Positions 18,607 through 29,729 are shown, counted from the first letter of the stretch. The stretch: 64,000 nucleotides of DNA from an uncultured Thermoplasmata archaeon (GCA_963768855.1 CAVYJM010000017.1:32001-96000), one strand, 5' to 3'. Notes: generated by a model from the sequence alone, not told the origin. Program-made: numbers and translations.

Positions 18607-18888
18607 ATGCGAGGGGGCACGAGGAGGCTTGGCGTGGTCGAGAACATCGGCCACGACGGGAGCCTCTTGGTCCGCTCGGAATTCACACCGTCGAGGGGTG
18701 CCGACGTCCTGGACAAGAGGAACCGCCTCCTCGGCCGGGTGACGAGGGTGTTCGGACCGGTGAAGGAGCCCTTCACCGCGATCCGCCCATCGGTCCCCGC
18801 ATCGCCGTCCCTGGTAGGGGCGGACGTGTTCGTTGGTGAGGGAAAGCATGCCCACGAAGAAGATCGAAGAGGCCGAAGAAGTCACTAG
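18607..18888 (+). CDS. gar1: H/ACA RNP component Gar1/Naf1 family
   Basis: [15 protein letters not shown] motif; conserved position upstream of tfb. Confidence 0.85.
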   Translation: MRGGTRRLGVVENIGHDGSLLVRSEFTPSRGADVLDKRNRLLGRVTRVFGPVKEPFTAIRPSVPASPSLVGADVFVGEGKHAHEEDRRGRRSH

Positions 18889-19783
18889 GTGCCCGGAGTG
18901 CAACTCGGGGCACCTGACCTTCGACTACGAGCGCGGCGAGCTCATCTGCGAAGAGTGCGGGCTCGTGCTGAACGACCAGATGATCGACCAGGGACCGGAG
19001 TGGCGCGCATTCGATGTGGAACAGGGCGAGAAGCGGGCCCGCACCGGCGCGCCCATGACCTACACGATCCACGACAAGGGCCTGTCCACGACGATCGGCT
19101 GGAAGAACAAGGATTCCTACGGCAAGTCGATCCCGACGCGCAACCGCGCGCAGCTGTACCGCCTGCGGAAGTGGCAGCGCCGAATCCGCGTGAGCAACGC
19201 GACGGAGCGCAACCTGGCGTTCGCCCTGAGCGAGCTGGACCGGATGGCGAGCGGGATGGGGCTGCCCCGGAACGTCCGGGAGACGGCCGCCATGGTGTAC
19301 CGGAAGGCCGTGAACAAGAACCTGATCCGCGGGCGGTCCATCGAAGGCGTCGTCGCCGCCTCCCTGTACGCGGCGTGCCGCCAGTGCAACGTCCCGCGCA
19401 CGCTCGACGAAATCGCGAACTCGTCCCGTGTGGGCCGGAAGGAGATCGGGCGCACATACCGGTTCATGACGCGGGAGCTCAAGCTCAAGCTCATGCCGAC
19501 GAAGCCCCAGGACTACGTGTCCCGCTTCTGCTCCGAGCTGAAGCTGAGCGGCGAGGTCCAGTCGAAGGCCGTGGAGATCCTGAAGGACGCGCAGGACAAG
19601 GAGCTGACCTCGGGGCGCGGCCCGACGGGCGTGTCCGCGGCAGCAATCTACATCGCGTCGATCCTGTGCAACGAGCGGCGCACGCAGCGCGAGGTCGCGG
19701 ACGTCGCGGGCGTGACCGAGGTCACGATCCGGAACCGATACAAGGAGCTCACGGAGAAGCTCGGGATCAAGGTCGAGCTCTAG
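18848..19783 (+). CDS. tfb: Transcription initiation factor IIB
   Basis: Zn ribbon CPEC...[14 protein letters not shown], two cyclin repeats, [14 protein letters not shown]. Confidence 0.98.
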   Translation: MPTKKIEEAEEVTRCPECNSGHLTFDYERGELICEECGLVLNDQMIDQGPEWRAFDVEQGEKRARTGAPMTYTIHDKGLSTTIGWKNKDSYGKSIPTRNRAQLYRLRKWQRRIRVSNATERNLAFALSELDRMASGMGLPRNVRETAAMVYRKAVNKNLIRGRSIEGVVAASLYAACRQCNVPRTLDEIANSSRVGRKEIGRTYRFMTRELKLKLMPTKPQDYVSRFCSELKLSGEVQSKAVEILKDAQDKELTSGRGPTGVSAAAIYIASILCNERRTQREVADVAGVTEVTIRNRYKELTEKLGIKVEL

Positions 19784-19811
19784 GCCGCCCGGTCCGTGAT
19801 TCGACGGATCC

Positions 19812-20726
19812 TTAGGGCAGCCGCAGCGTCCCTCGGATGAGCGGCGTCACGCGGCCCCCGACGCGCACGGCCTTCGGCACCTTGCCCTCCGCGTCCACGC
19901 TCACCTCGATCAGGCTCGCGTGCTGCATCTCGATCCCCTGCTCGATCACGAAGGAGGGGGAGGGAAGGGCTTCGTTCGCGGCGAGGTAGGCGCCGCATGC
20001 TCCCGCGGCGCTCCCCGTCGCCGGGTCCTCGCGGATCCCATCCACGGGCGAGAACGCGCGCGCATGGACCTGGGCGCCCTTGCCCTCCGTCTCGAAGGAG
20101 AAGACGTAGGCGACGTGGTGCGGGCCGAGCTTCTCGAGGAACCTCCCGAGCTCCCGCATGTCGTAGTCGATCTCCTGGACGGATTCGAGGGAGCGCATGG
20201 GGACCTGGAGGGACGGAATCCCGGTCGAGGCGACCTGGGGCTTCAGCTTGCCCGCGCCGATGTCGCGGGGACTCACGCTGAGGGCCTTGGCCAGCCCCTC
20301 CACGGAGGTCAGGCGTTTCCCGACCGACGGTTCACCCTGGGTCATGACGACCTTCTGGATCTGCCCGTTGTCCACGAACAGCTCGAGCGGGAGGACCCCG
20401 ATCTCGAGCTCCTGGTAGACGACGCTTCGGCCGTCGGGCTTCGGAACGAGTCCTTCGAGGGCCGCGACGTAGGCGGTCCCCAGGGAGGGATGGCCCGCGA
20501 AGGGGATCTCCCCGCCGGGCGTGAAGATCCGGTTGCGGTAGTGGGCCGCCGGATTGGTGGACGGGAAGACGAAGGTGGTCTCGGAGAGGTTCATCTCGCG
20601 CGTGATGCCCTCCATCTCCTCCTTGGAGAGGCCCGTCGCCCGCGGGAACACGGCGAGCGGGTTGCCCTGAAGGGGCTTGTCCGTGAACACGTCGACCCGC
20701 CAGAAATCGAAGAAACGCTCCGCCAT
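19812..20726 (-). CDS. PhzF-family isomerase/epimerase
   Basis: VDVFTDKPLQGNPLAV, EMNLSETTF, FAGHPSLG, EDPATGSA. Confidence 0.93.
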   Translation of the reverse strand: MAERFFDFWRVDVFTDKPLQGNPLAVFPRATGLSKEEMEGITREMNLSETTFVFPSTNPAAHYRNRIFTPGGEIPFAGHPSLGTAYVAALEGLVPKPDGRSVVYQELEIGVLPLELFVDNGQIQKVVMTQGEPSVGKRLTSVEGLAKALSVSPRDIGAGKLKPQVASTGIPSLQVPMRSLESVQEIDYDMRELGRFLEKLGPHHVAYVFSFETEGKGAQVHARAFSPVDGIREDPATGSAAGACGAYLAANEALPSPSFVIEQGIEMQHASLIEVSVDAEGKVPKAVRVGGRVTPLIRGTLRLP

Positions 20727-20809
20727 GGTCTCCCTGCCCGCGGATGGCCGTACGCGTTCTTAACGCTGACCAGACGTCCGCTTCGGCCAGCGGACCGAGG
20801 AGACTTCAG

Positions 20810-20857
20810 GAGAAAGGGGAAAGGGGGGGCTGCCGGCCGCGCCGGGCGCGGCAGCCC
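20810..20857 (-). terminator. Hairpin plus pyrimidine tract, probable terminator
   Basis: Stem GGGCTGCCG/CGGCAGCCC followed on the minus strand by CCCCTTTCCCCTTTCTCCT. Confidence 0.55.
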
Positions 20858-20912
20858 GTGGTCCCGCGCGGGGTTCGCCCGCGCGGATCCCGGAACGTGT
20901 TCCGTGGGTGGC

Positions 20913-21086
20913 CTAGAGTTCCTCGTTCGGCGGCGAGGGACCTCCCGGCTTCTGCTGCGGGGGCCTGTTTCCCCCGCCGCGGAGCTTGCGGATCTGGAGC
21001 ATCTCGAAGGCCCCGAGCGCCAGGGACACGACGACGAGGACGATCCGTTCGCAGAACCGAATCGGATCGCGGAGATGCGCATCCAC
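20913..21086 (-). CDS. Possible small single-TM protein (57 aa)
   Basis: GTG start; IVLVVVSLALGAFEMLQIRKLRGGG with strong GC3 bias in the second half; start uncertain. Confidence 0.45.
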   Translation of the reverse strand: MDAHLRDPIRFCERIVLVVVSLALGAFEMLQIRKLRGGGNRPPQQKPGGPSPPNEEL

Positions 21087-21156
21087 TCGACCTGGATCGG
21101 TGGCGAGCCGGTGTACCGGTCTCGGGGGACGCGTTGACCCGCACTCGGCCCCGCCG

Positions 21157-22044
21157 TCACGGCTTGGCGGAGAGCACGTGCGCCTGGAACACCCGGTGGA
21201 TGCTCCCCCGCATCTTCCCGCCTGCGGGCAGCTTGTTCTCGAAGTTGTTGATTCCGGCCCACGCCTCGAAGGCCGCCTTCGTCGGCTTGTCGTAGCGGCC
21301 GGACAGCGGGCCACGGTAGAAGCCGAGGTGCGTGAGGCCACGCTGCAGCTCTTTGACCACGGAGGGCGTCAGCGGGACGATGTCGCTCGGGCTCTCGCGG
21401 TCCAGGAGGGTCACGTCGTAGATGTTGAAGATCCGCGTCAGCTCGTCGATCGGGGCCGGATGGTCGTCCACCCGCACGTCGATCCACCGGTCGTTCAGCC
21501 CCCCGTACCCGCCCTTCGCCCGGACGACCACGAGGGCTGCGGACTGCTGCCCCCGCTTGTCGCCGCCCGCTCTCTGCCCAGCATGGAGAGCGGCGAGCAA
21601 CCGCACCGGCAGGTCCCCCTCCGTCGATTCGAACGCTCGCGCCATGCTCTTCACGACATCCTCGCCGGCGAGGATGTTCCCCTGGCATGCGTAGTTCCGG
21701 CCCACGACGCTCCCGGCCCACGCGAAGCACTTCTCCCCGGTGAAGGAGGCGGCGCGTCCTCGCGCGTCGACGAGCCCGACCTGCCGCTGCTCGGCCATCG
21801 GATCCTTCGCGGTCAGCTGCTTGAGCGCCTCCTTGGGATGGATGCCCTTCCTCAGGAGGGCGAGGCCCCGCGGCCCGTACGTCGTGTTCGCGAACGACTG
21901 CGTCGCGACCGCACCCACGCCGGCCTCGGCCCACGGCACGACCGCGCCCACGGAGATGAACCGCGACTCGACCGCGACGCCGAGGTCCTTGGTCTTCGGA
22001 TCGCAGGCAACGATGCTGAAGGTGGATGGCCGAGGGACGCCCAT
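21157..22044 (-). CDS. DUF1028 (Ntn-hydrolase-like) protein with C-terminal putative peptidoglycan-binding-type domain
   Basis: TFSIVACDP...LGVAVESR..VGAVVP, AGGDKRGQQSAAL, DVRVDDH; C-terminal ELQRGLTHLGFY.G..SG.YD..T. Confidence 0.88.
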   Translation of the reverse strand: MGVPRPSTFSIVACDPKTKDLGVAVESRFISVGAVVPWAEAGVGAVATQSFANTTYGPRGLALLRKGIHPKEALKQLTAKDPMAEQRQVGLVDARGRAASFTGEKCFAWAGSVVGRNYACQGNILAGEDVVKSMARAFESTEGDLPVRLLAALHAGQRAGGDKRGQQSAALVVVRAKGGYGGLNDRWIDVRVDDHPAPIDELTRIFNIYDVTLLDRESPSDIVPLTPSVVKELQRGLTHLGFYRGPLSGRYDKPTKAAFEAWAGINNFENKLPAGGKMRGSIHRVFQAHVLSAKP

Positions 22045-22125
22045 GGAATCCACGGATGAGAACCGGGTCACGTATTTCAAACGCCCGGCGGAACCCTTAT
22101 CCCCGCGACCCGTTCCCGGAGCGCC

Positions 22126-22878
22126 GTGCGCGTTTTCCTCGACCTATGGGGCGTCCTGCTCGACTCCGACACGATGCAGGTCGGGTACGGACAGCAGCTT
22201 GCGCGTCGGATGGCGACGCGGTTCGGAGGCGACGAGGGCCGATGGCGGCAGGCGCACACCGCCGCGTGGACGGAGTACGTGCGGGGGATCGAGTCCACGG
22301 ACTGGAGCCAGGGGTCCTGGTCCGCGGCGATGGACCGGCTCGACGCCCGGTTCGCCATCGGCCTCCTCGAACGGGTCGGTGTCGCCTGGCGTCCGACCGA
22401 CGCCCTGGCGTTCTCGCGAGAGCTCGACCGGGAGGTGATGTCGACCGTCGATGCGCGGTTTCCGGACGCGCGCGCAGCCATGGAGCGGCTGCGCGCTGCA
22501 CGCCACCAGATCTACGTCGCCACGCAGGCCACTGACGCGAACGCCCGAGGGGCGCTCGCGGGGGCCCATCTCTTGACGTCGATTGACGGCTTGTTCACCG
22601 GGACGAGCCAGGACGCGCCGAAAGCGCAGCGCGAGTACTGGGATCGGATCCTGTCCTCCGTGGGTGCGTCACCCGGATCGGACGTCTTGGTCGACGACCG
22701 GGTGGACTACCTCGAGGCGGCCGCCGCCTCGGGTTTCGGGGTCCTCCTCCTGGACCGCGACGGAATCTACGAACCCGAGACGACGCCTTCGTTCGTTCGC
22801 GCGACTCTCCGCAACCTCGCGGGCCTCCCCCACTTCGTCGACACTCTCGAAGCCGAGCGAACGCATACCTCTACTTAG
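22126..22878 (+). CDS. HAD-superfamily hydrolase
   Basis: Motif I FLDLWGVLLD, motif III/IV PK...LVDDRVDYLEAA. Confidence 0.85.
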   Translation: MRVFLDLWGVLLDSDTMQVGYGQQLARRMATRFGGDEGRWRQAHTAAWTEYVRGIESTDWSQGSWSAAMDRLDARFAIGLLERVGVAWRPTDALAFSRELDREVMSTVDARFPDARAAMERLRAARHQIYVATQATDANARGALAGAHLLTSIDGLFTGTSQDAPKAQREYWDRILSSVGASPGSDVLVDDRVDYLEAAAASGFGVLLLDRDGIYEPETTPSFVRATLRNLAGLPHFVDTLEAERTHTST

Positions 22879-22885
22879 AGGTATG
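22864..22885. repeat. 22-bp palindromic motif, copy C (CATACCTCT-ACTT-AGAGGTATG)
   Basis: 9-bp perfect inverted arms; 22863-22886 is the exact reverse complement of 49337-49360. Confidence 0.9.
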
Positions 22886-22910
22886 AGCGCCGGCGAAGGA
22901 GGCGACGTCC

Positions 22911-23963
22911 TCACGGGCGCACGCGCTCAAGCTTCACGTATCGCACGTCGTCCGCGACCTCGCCGAACAGGATCTGCTTCTTCACCCCGTGGGCGAGGCG
23001 CACGGCGCGGCTGATCTCCGGCCACGCACCGCGGTGTCCCTTCGGGACGACGTGGACGAGGTACTTCGCGTGATGGACCTCCGGGTCGCCCTCGTACGCG
23101 CGGAAGTGCGCGCCGTACTTGAAGCCCGTCTTGGAGATCACCCCGCGGGACGTCAGGTCCTCGTAGGCGCGCAGGCGCAGCATGAAGTCCGGCTGGACGG
23201 CCCTCGCCTCCTTCAGGAGGCGGGCGAGACCAATCGGTCGGTCCGTGTCCGCGTTCCGCACCTCGACCAGACCGCCTTGGAGGAGGAAGGCGGTCTCCAG
23301 CAGGCTGAGGTGGAGCCGCCTCCCCACGATCTTGCCGAAGTATCCGGCCTCGTGGAGCGCCTTCGCCTGCTCCTCATCGAGGACGACCGCGCGGTCTCCC
23401 TGGAAATACGCCACGACGGACGCATGCACCTTCGGCGGCGGCAGGTGGCCCTTCGGGGACGCCTCGCGGACCGCATAGTACGTCAGGTCCGATTCCTCGT
23501 CCACGAGCCCGAGCAGGAGCGTCTTCCGGACCGAGGCAGCCTCCGCCGCTCTCTGGAGCAGCTCGGCGAGGTCGAACACGGCGCGCTCGCTCAGCGCCCG
23601 CACCCAGTACTTGCTCGGCGTCTTCCGCGGCGCGCCGCCCCGCGGGAGGACGTGGAAGTCCACGGGGCCGTCCTGCGGCTCGACGACGTAGCCACGCTGG
23701 CGGAGGTCGCGGTACACCAGGTAGCGGATCTCGAACGCGCCCTCGTTCGCTCCGGCGACCCGGAACAGCTCGCCGAGGGACACGGGCGCCCCGTGCCGCT
23801 CGACCTCGAGGCGCGCGGCCTCGACGAGATAGACTGCTTCGAGCAGGGAGAGCTCCAGCCCTCCGCCCGAACGGGGCGTCCCGAAGTAGCCGCGATTGTA
23901 GAGCGTGCTCGCCTCCGCGGGATCGTCGACGGAAACACGAGCGTCGCGCAGTTCCCCCGGCAT
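22911..23963 (-). CDS. endA: tRNA-splicing endonuclease, homodimeric alpha'2 type
   Basis: Two tandem units; catalytic unit KTGFKYGAHFRAY...HAKYLV...VKK. Confidence 0.95.
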   Translation of the reverse strand: MPGELRDARVSVDDPAEASTLYNRGYFGTPRSGGGLELSLLEAVYLVEAARLEVERHGAPVSLGELFRVAGANEGAFEIRYLVYRDLRQRGYVVEPQDGPVDFHVLPRGGAPRKTPSKYWVRALSERAVFDLAELLQRAAEAASVRKTLLLGLVDEESDLTYYAVREASPKGHLPPPKVHASVVAYFQGDRAVVLDEEQAKALHEAGYFGKIVGRRLHLSLLETAFLLQGGLVEVRNADTDRPIGLARLLKEARAVQPDFMLRLRAYEDLTSRGVISKTGFKYGAHFRAYEGDPEVHHAKYLVHVVPKGHRGAWPEISRAVRLAHGVKKQILFGEVADDVRYVKLERVRP

Positions 23964-24089
23964 CGGCCCGGCGAACGCCCCCGCGTCGATAAAGGGTTCG
24001 CACCCCGCGAAGGCCGATCGCAGCGGCCCCGCCATCCGACCGAATCGGTTCGCGCCGTTTATATAGAAGTACTCTTGTTGTCAACCGCC

Positions 24090-25031
24090 GTGAAGCGGGA
24101 CCAGCTCATCGACTCGGTGCGCGAGGTGCTCGCGAAGACGGGATTCTTCCTCTCCGAGCCGCACGGCGAGCGCGGGCTGTGCTTTGACTTCGTCGCCCGC
24201 CGGGACAACCTCCTCCTCATCGTGAAGGTCCTCCAGAACGTGGACGCGCTGAACAAGGCAACCGCCGAGGAGCTCAAGAACATCGCACGGAGCCTCCGGG
24301 GATCGCCCGTCGTCCTGGGCGATCGGACGGGGACGGGAACCCTCGAGACCGGCGTGATTTACAGCCGCTTCGACGTGCCGATCCTGTCCCGCAGGACGTT
24401 CCTCGACTTCTTCGAGGAGGGCGTCCCGCCCTTCATCTACTCCGCCCCGGGCGGGCTGTACGTCCGGCTCGACACGGAGACCCTGCGCAAGGTGCGGGAG
24501 CAGGGCCAGATGTCTCTCGGCGCGCTCGCCGAGATCGCGGGCGTCTCCCGGCGCACGATCCAGATGTACCTCGAGGGGATGTCCGCCTCGATCGACGTCG
24601 CCGCGCGCCTGGAGGCCTTCCTCCGGGAACCGCTCGTGCTCCCGATGAACCCGTTCGAGCTCATCGCGGCAAGCGAGAGCGTCACGCCTCCACCCGAGCA
24701 CTTGGAGGCGTTCGAGCGCGAGCTGTTCCAGCGACTCGAACGCCTGGGGTACACCGTCCTCCCGACCGTCCGCAGCCCGTTCGACGGGCTCACCCGACAC
24801 GCCGAGACGACCTACCTGACCGGCGTGGAGTCGGCCGACACGAAACTCGAGAAGAAGGCCACAATCGTCTCCAACATCGGGCGCGTCGTCGAGAAGGACG
24901 CGGTGATCTTCGTCGAGCATCGCACGATCCGCCTGACTATCAAAGGTCTCCCTGTGATTGCACGGGAAGAGCTCCGGAAGGTGAAGGACCGGGACGCGGT
25001 GGAGGACCTGATCGCCGAGAGGAAGGGCTGA
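24090..25031 (+). CDS. Conserved archaeal HTH transcriptional regulator (COG1395-like)
   Basis: CFDFVARR..LLIVKVLQNVD, HTH SLGALAEIAGVSRRTIQMY, SPFDGL. Confidence 0.85.
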   Translation: MKRDQLIDSVREVLAKTGFFLSEPHGERGLCFDFVARRDNLLLIVKVLQNVDALNKATAEELKNIARSLRGSPVVLGDRTGTGTLETGVIYSRFDVPILSRRTFLDFFEEGVPPFIYSAPGGLYVRLDTETLRKVREQGQMSLGALAEIAGVSRRTIQMYLEGMSASIDVAARLEAFLREPLVLPMNPFELIAASESVTPPPEHLEAFERELFQRLERLGYTVLPTVRSPFDGLTRHAETTYLTGVESADTKLEKKATIVSNIGRVVEKDAVIFVEHRTIRLTIKGLPVIAREELRKVKDRDAVEDLIAERKG

Positions 25032-25642
25032 TGGAGGAAATCCGCCTCGGCGAGGCGACGATCTCGGTCTTCCCTGCCGTGCGCGGACTCCCGAGCGACG
25101 GAGACGCAGTCGTCCAGGCGATTGACGCGCTCAACCCTGAGGTGGTCGCCCTGACCGTCTCCCCCGAGGAGCTCGACACGCTGCGCACCTACCAAGGCGG
25201 AAACCTCGAGCCGGATCGGACCGAGGACGAGGTCTACGTGGCCGGGCTGTCTGTCTGGGAGGAGCCCATCCTGCCGCCGCCGTGCTTCACCCGGGCGGTC
25301 GAGCGGGCGGCCGCGCGAGGGTTGCGCCTGGAGGCGCTCGACATGGACGAGGACGCGTACGCGAACGCGTACACGGAGTACGTCAGCACGATGGAGCTGA
25401 TCCTCCAGGGGCGGCTCGAGAACCGTCTCCTCAAGAAGAGGTTTCGGGTACGGACACCCCAGGAGTTCGCGGTTGCGTGGGACGCGGAGATCAACCGGAC
25501 CGTCGGCTTCGCGCGACTCCAGCGGGAGCGCGAGAAGTTCATCGCGTCGCGTCTTCGAACGCTCGCGGGGGGCGCAACTCGAGTCCTCGCGGTGGTCGAG
25601 GTGGAAAGGGTGAAAGGGGTGCTAGCCGCGGTGCGCGGTTAG
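25031..25642 (+). CDS. Hypothetical protein, possibly divergent TraB/GumN-like
   Basis: Coupled to upstream gene; C-terminal REKFIASRL...VLAVVE resembles TraB terminal motif. Confidence 0.65.
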   Translation: MEEIRLGEATISVFPAVRGLPSDGDAVVQAIDALNPEVVALTVSPEELDTLRTYQGGNLEPDRTEDEVYVAGLSVWEEPILPPPCFTRAVERAAARGLRLEALDMDEDAYANAYTEYVSTMELILQGRLENRLLKKRFRVRTPQEFAVAWDAEINRTVGFARLQREREKFIASRLRTLAGGATRVLAVVEVERVKGVLAAVRG

Positions 25643-28600
25643 CGACCCATGTACTGCGAGTTCGTCGTGCTCCCGATCGCGAGGCTGTAGACCGGCGTGC
25701 CGAGGTTGTCGACCTGGACTGCGAAGGTCCAGGAGGTGCCTCCGCCCAGGTTCTCCCACAGGAACAGCCCGCCGCTGCTCGTGCCGATCACGACGTCGTC
25801 CCAGCCGTCCCCGTTCAGGTCGCCGACCCCGAAGGCCGTGATCGCGGAGCTCGGGCTGAAAGCGGGCAGGCCGTTTTGGATGACCGTGCTCGCCACGTCG
25901 CCGCGGACGATCCGCACGTTGGTCCCGAAGGCGATCGCGATGTTGAGCATGCCGTAGGCCGTCGAGAAGTTGCCCCACTTCACGCCGACGATGGCCGTGC
26001 CGCCGGTCGAGTACCAGGCGCCACTGCCTGCGAGGAGCCCGCCGGGGCTGCCCATGTACCGCCAGACGTTACCGTTGGTCGTCCCCGCGACGAGGTCGCT
26101 CGTCCCATCGCGGTTCGCGTCCTGGGCGTCGATCATGTTCACGTTCGACGTCGGACCCGGCAAGGTCACGCCCGTTGTCCCGGCGGGGGTGTTTGCCGTG
26201 ATCGTCATGTAGTCTATGAACAGGGTGTCCATGTTCGTGTCACCCACGATGCGGTTCGTGTCGAGGACGCGGACCCAGACCGTCAGTCCCGAGACGCTGG
26301 CCGGCATGGCGAACTGGTACTGGGGCGTGTCGCTGCCCGAGTTGACCGTGAACATGGTCGTGTACGTCCCCGTCGTCGGGTCGCTGCCGACCACGTTCGT
26401 CGAGTACGCAAACGTGAAGTTGTCGTAGTCCGGGGCCTGGTCGAAGCCCGCCTGGTGGCCGGTCATCTTGAACGTGAAGCTCGTCCCCGGCCGGGTCGGG
26501 AGGGTGGCCATCCGGTAGTATTGCTCCATCGCGCTCGTCGCCCCGGATTGCGAGGTCCAGCCCAGGACCACGTTGTCGAAGCCGCCGACGGATTGCGAGC
26601 CGCTCGCCAGGTAGGTCGCAGTACATCGCGACCTTGAGGTAGTAGGTCCCCGGGGTGCTGATGCGACCCGTGATCGTGAAATCGCTCACGGAGGTCCATC
26701 CGCGGGCGCTCGTGATCGCACCCGAGGTCCAGCACGACCCGGATCCGGAGGGGTTGCAGCCCGAGGGCACCAACGGAGGCGGGCCCGACGTCGTGTCGAC
26801 AAAGGCGTAGAAGGTCACCGCGCCGCCCGTCGCTCCAAATGCAGGTCAGCTCGTAGTTCAGGGAGATGTTCACCGTGAAGGGCGGCGATCCGGTGACCGT
26901 GAAGGGCTGGTACCAGTAGCCGGCGACGGCATTGTCCGCCGAGAACGGCGCCGTGATCTGCGCGAAGGCGTTCGGGTTGCCGCCGGTCGTGGGCGTCTGT
27001 CCCGTCGCGCCGTTGTAGGCCGGCGCGAAGGTCCAGCCCAGCGCGGAGTTGTCCATCGCCGCGTTCGGCGTCGTGCCCGTCTGGAGCGGGATGTTCAGCG
27101 GGACTTCCTTGATCGTCTCGTAGATCCCGTCCTGGGTGTACGTCGTCAGGTAGGTTCCGGAGGTCTTGTTGCCCAAGGCGGTCGACTCCGTGACCGCGAA
27201 CCAGTTGTCGGAGATCCCGGTGTTCTGGAATCGGCCGTAGCCGAGGTTCGGATACCACCGCAGGTAGCCGTTGTTGCCACCGACGGCGATGTCGCTCCAC
27301 CCATCTCCGTTGAAGTCGCCGACCGAGATGCTGTTGATCTGCTGGCCGGCTCCAGGCTGGTCCACGATGACGGTGGTCCAGTTCCCGTTGTTGGAGTAGT
27401 ACCAGACCCAGCCGTTCGTGCCGCCGCAGACGACCTCCGGCAGTCCGTCGCCGGTCAGGTCGCCGGTCGTGATGGCGGTGCAGACGGCTGCGGGCGTGTC
27501 ATGGAACACAGGTAGGTAGACGACCGCGCCGGACGCATCCACGGCTCGCCGGTACAGCTCGACGGAGTAGCCGGACTTGGCCTGGAAGCTCTCCGCGACG
27601 CCGAGGGTCCCGTCGTGCCAGAAGTCCCCGAAGGCGAGCGCGACGTCATTCGAGCTCGGGCAGGTGCTGCCCGTGCCCGACACGCCGGAGACCGAGGTGC
27701 CCGCATAGCAGTAGTCCACCCGGAGCTTCTTCCACAGGTCGAAGCCGTTGAAGTCCTGGTAGAAGTAGGCGTAGTCCTTCGTGCCCCAGGCGCTGTTCGT
27801 GCCTTCCGTGTTGCCCGTGATGATGTCCATCTTGTAGAGGGGGGCCTGGACCACGATCTGCGAGGACACGCTGGCGTAGGACTCATCCGTGTCCTTGATT
27901 GAGGCAATCGTCAGCGCGTAGTTCTGCGAACCCGCGACCCAGGGATCCTGGTTCACGCGCGCGAGATTGATCGCGAACCGGTAGCTCGTCGTGGCGCTAT
28001 CGCTCTGGATGGCGATGATGCTCGGGCTGCACGCCTGCCTCGGCGGGCAGATCGGCAGGTTGGAGTAGATGCCGTTCGTCGGCGCCCGGTTCAGCTCCTG
28101 GCCGCCGGCGAAGTCCTGGATCATCACATTGCCGAACAGCACCTGGCCGCTCGTGTACGTGCCGTTCAGGTTCACGGTGAGCATCTTGACCTCGACATAG
28201 ACGACAGCGGTGGACCGGAAGGTGCCGGACGGCTGCGTGAAGCCGGAGTCCGAGAAGGTCTGGATCGCCGGGAACACACGGAGCCCGCCCGAGTCCGCGG
28301 TGATGTTCACCGAGTCCGTCGTCGTGAACCGGTTGTTCGCGCTGTCCGTCAGGAGGACGGAGAGCGGGTAGCTCGCGAAGTAGTAGTACCGCGGGTACTG
28401 GGGTGGCGTCGTGTAGAAGTTCGTCCCCACGGACACGTCGTTGAGCTTGAACCGATACGTGTAGATGTAGTACCCGTTCACGAACTGGAAGAAGCTGAAG
28501 GCGGACGTGGTCGAGGGCTGGCTCGCGGAACCGACCGTCTTCGTCGCGCCGTACACGACGGACTGGGCCGGGTTCCCGCTGAACGGGTCGAACATGCTGA

Positions 28601-29729
28601 ACTGGTCAATCCCGAAGACGTTCTGCAGGGTCAGGCTGCCGACGACCAGGACGACCGTTTCAGCGCCCTTGAAGGTCCTCGTGGGGGCGGCGGCGTACCC
28701 GTACGTGTCCCACTGGGTCGCGTTGAAGATGTTGTACCCCTGGTTGCCGTTCCAGCGGAGGTTCGGCGGGCGGCCGCTCCCTCCGAGGCCACCGCCGTTG
28801 TTGTTCCCGCCCGCCGGGCCGGGAACCACATGGAGGGTCATGCGGGTGGTGCTCTGATGCTGTGCGCTGTCCGCCGCGCTGAACAGGACGATCGATCCGT
28901 CCATGCCCGCGACCGCGTTGCCGGTGCATGCGTTCGTGAAGAACGTGAAGATGCCGTCGTTGGCGGCCGCGTCCCCGTGCCCGCCCGAGGGCCCGTCATC
29001 GTACATCTTGCCCGCATTCACCGCGGGGGGGATGCAGGGGTTCCCCGTGCCGTAGTAGTACGTCATCGTAGCGGAGACCGAGTCCGGGTTCAAGTCAGCG
29101 TCCGGATCCATGACCTTGGCGAAGATGTAGAAGCCCGTGCCTGTCTGGACGTCCAAAGGGGTGCCGACGTTGTTGCGCGCGGCGTAGACATTGAGGAAGA
29201 TCGGAGGGCGGGAACCCGCGGGGGCCGTCAACTGGGAGGTCCACAGGACGAGGCTCCGCGTCAGGTCGACGATCGTCACCGTGATCTTGTCCGCCGAGCT
29301 CAGGTTCGAGGCGAAGTAGGTGAAGCGCTGGCCCACGCTCCAGGTCTGGCCGGAGCCATCCAGCAGCCCGTACGTCACGCCGGGGACGTACGTGCGCTTG
29401 GAAGCGAGGTGGATCACCGCGGTCGAAATCGCGCCGCTGGTCTTCTGGTCCGAGATGTACATGACCGTCGTGAGGGCGGGCATCGACTCGCCGCCCTGGT
29501 GGGTCATGTTGATCCAGTCGCCTTGCTCCTGCAGAGTGCCGAGCGCACCCCGCACGTACTGGGGGTTCAGGCTCGCGAGGATGTCGACGCGGGTCTGGGC
29601 GACGGGGGTCGGAATGGTCGAGACCCACAGGATGATCGTGGAGAACAGCACCACGGTCATCGCGAGGATTAGAATCGTGCCGACGACTTCCGAAACACCG
29701 GATTCCTCTTCACGCAGTACCATTTTCAT
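25639..29729 (-). pseudogene. ~1360-aa surface protein with class III (type IV pilin) signal peptide and FG-GAP repeats, interrupted by two +1 frameshifts (~26843, ~26620)
   Basis: EESG/VSEVVGTILILAMTVVLFSTIILW; FG-GAP motifs GDLTGDGLPEVV, GDFNGDGWSDIA, GDLNGDGWDDVV; coding frame switches twice; 4091 bp minus 2 = 1363 codons. Confidence 0.8.

Noticed and set aside
20880-20935. GAGGAACTC...CCACCC on the minus strand, reminiscent of the RNase P RNA P4 5' strand
   Set aside because: No matching 3' P4 element (AACAGAA...GCTTA) is present, and it overlaps the end of a probable small CDS.
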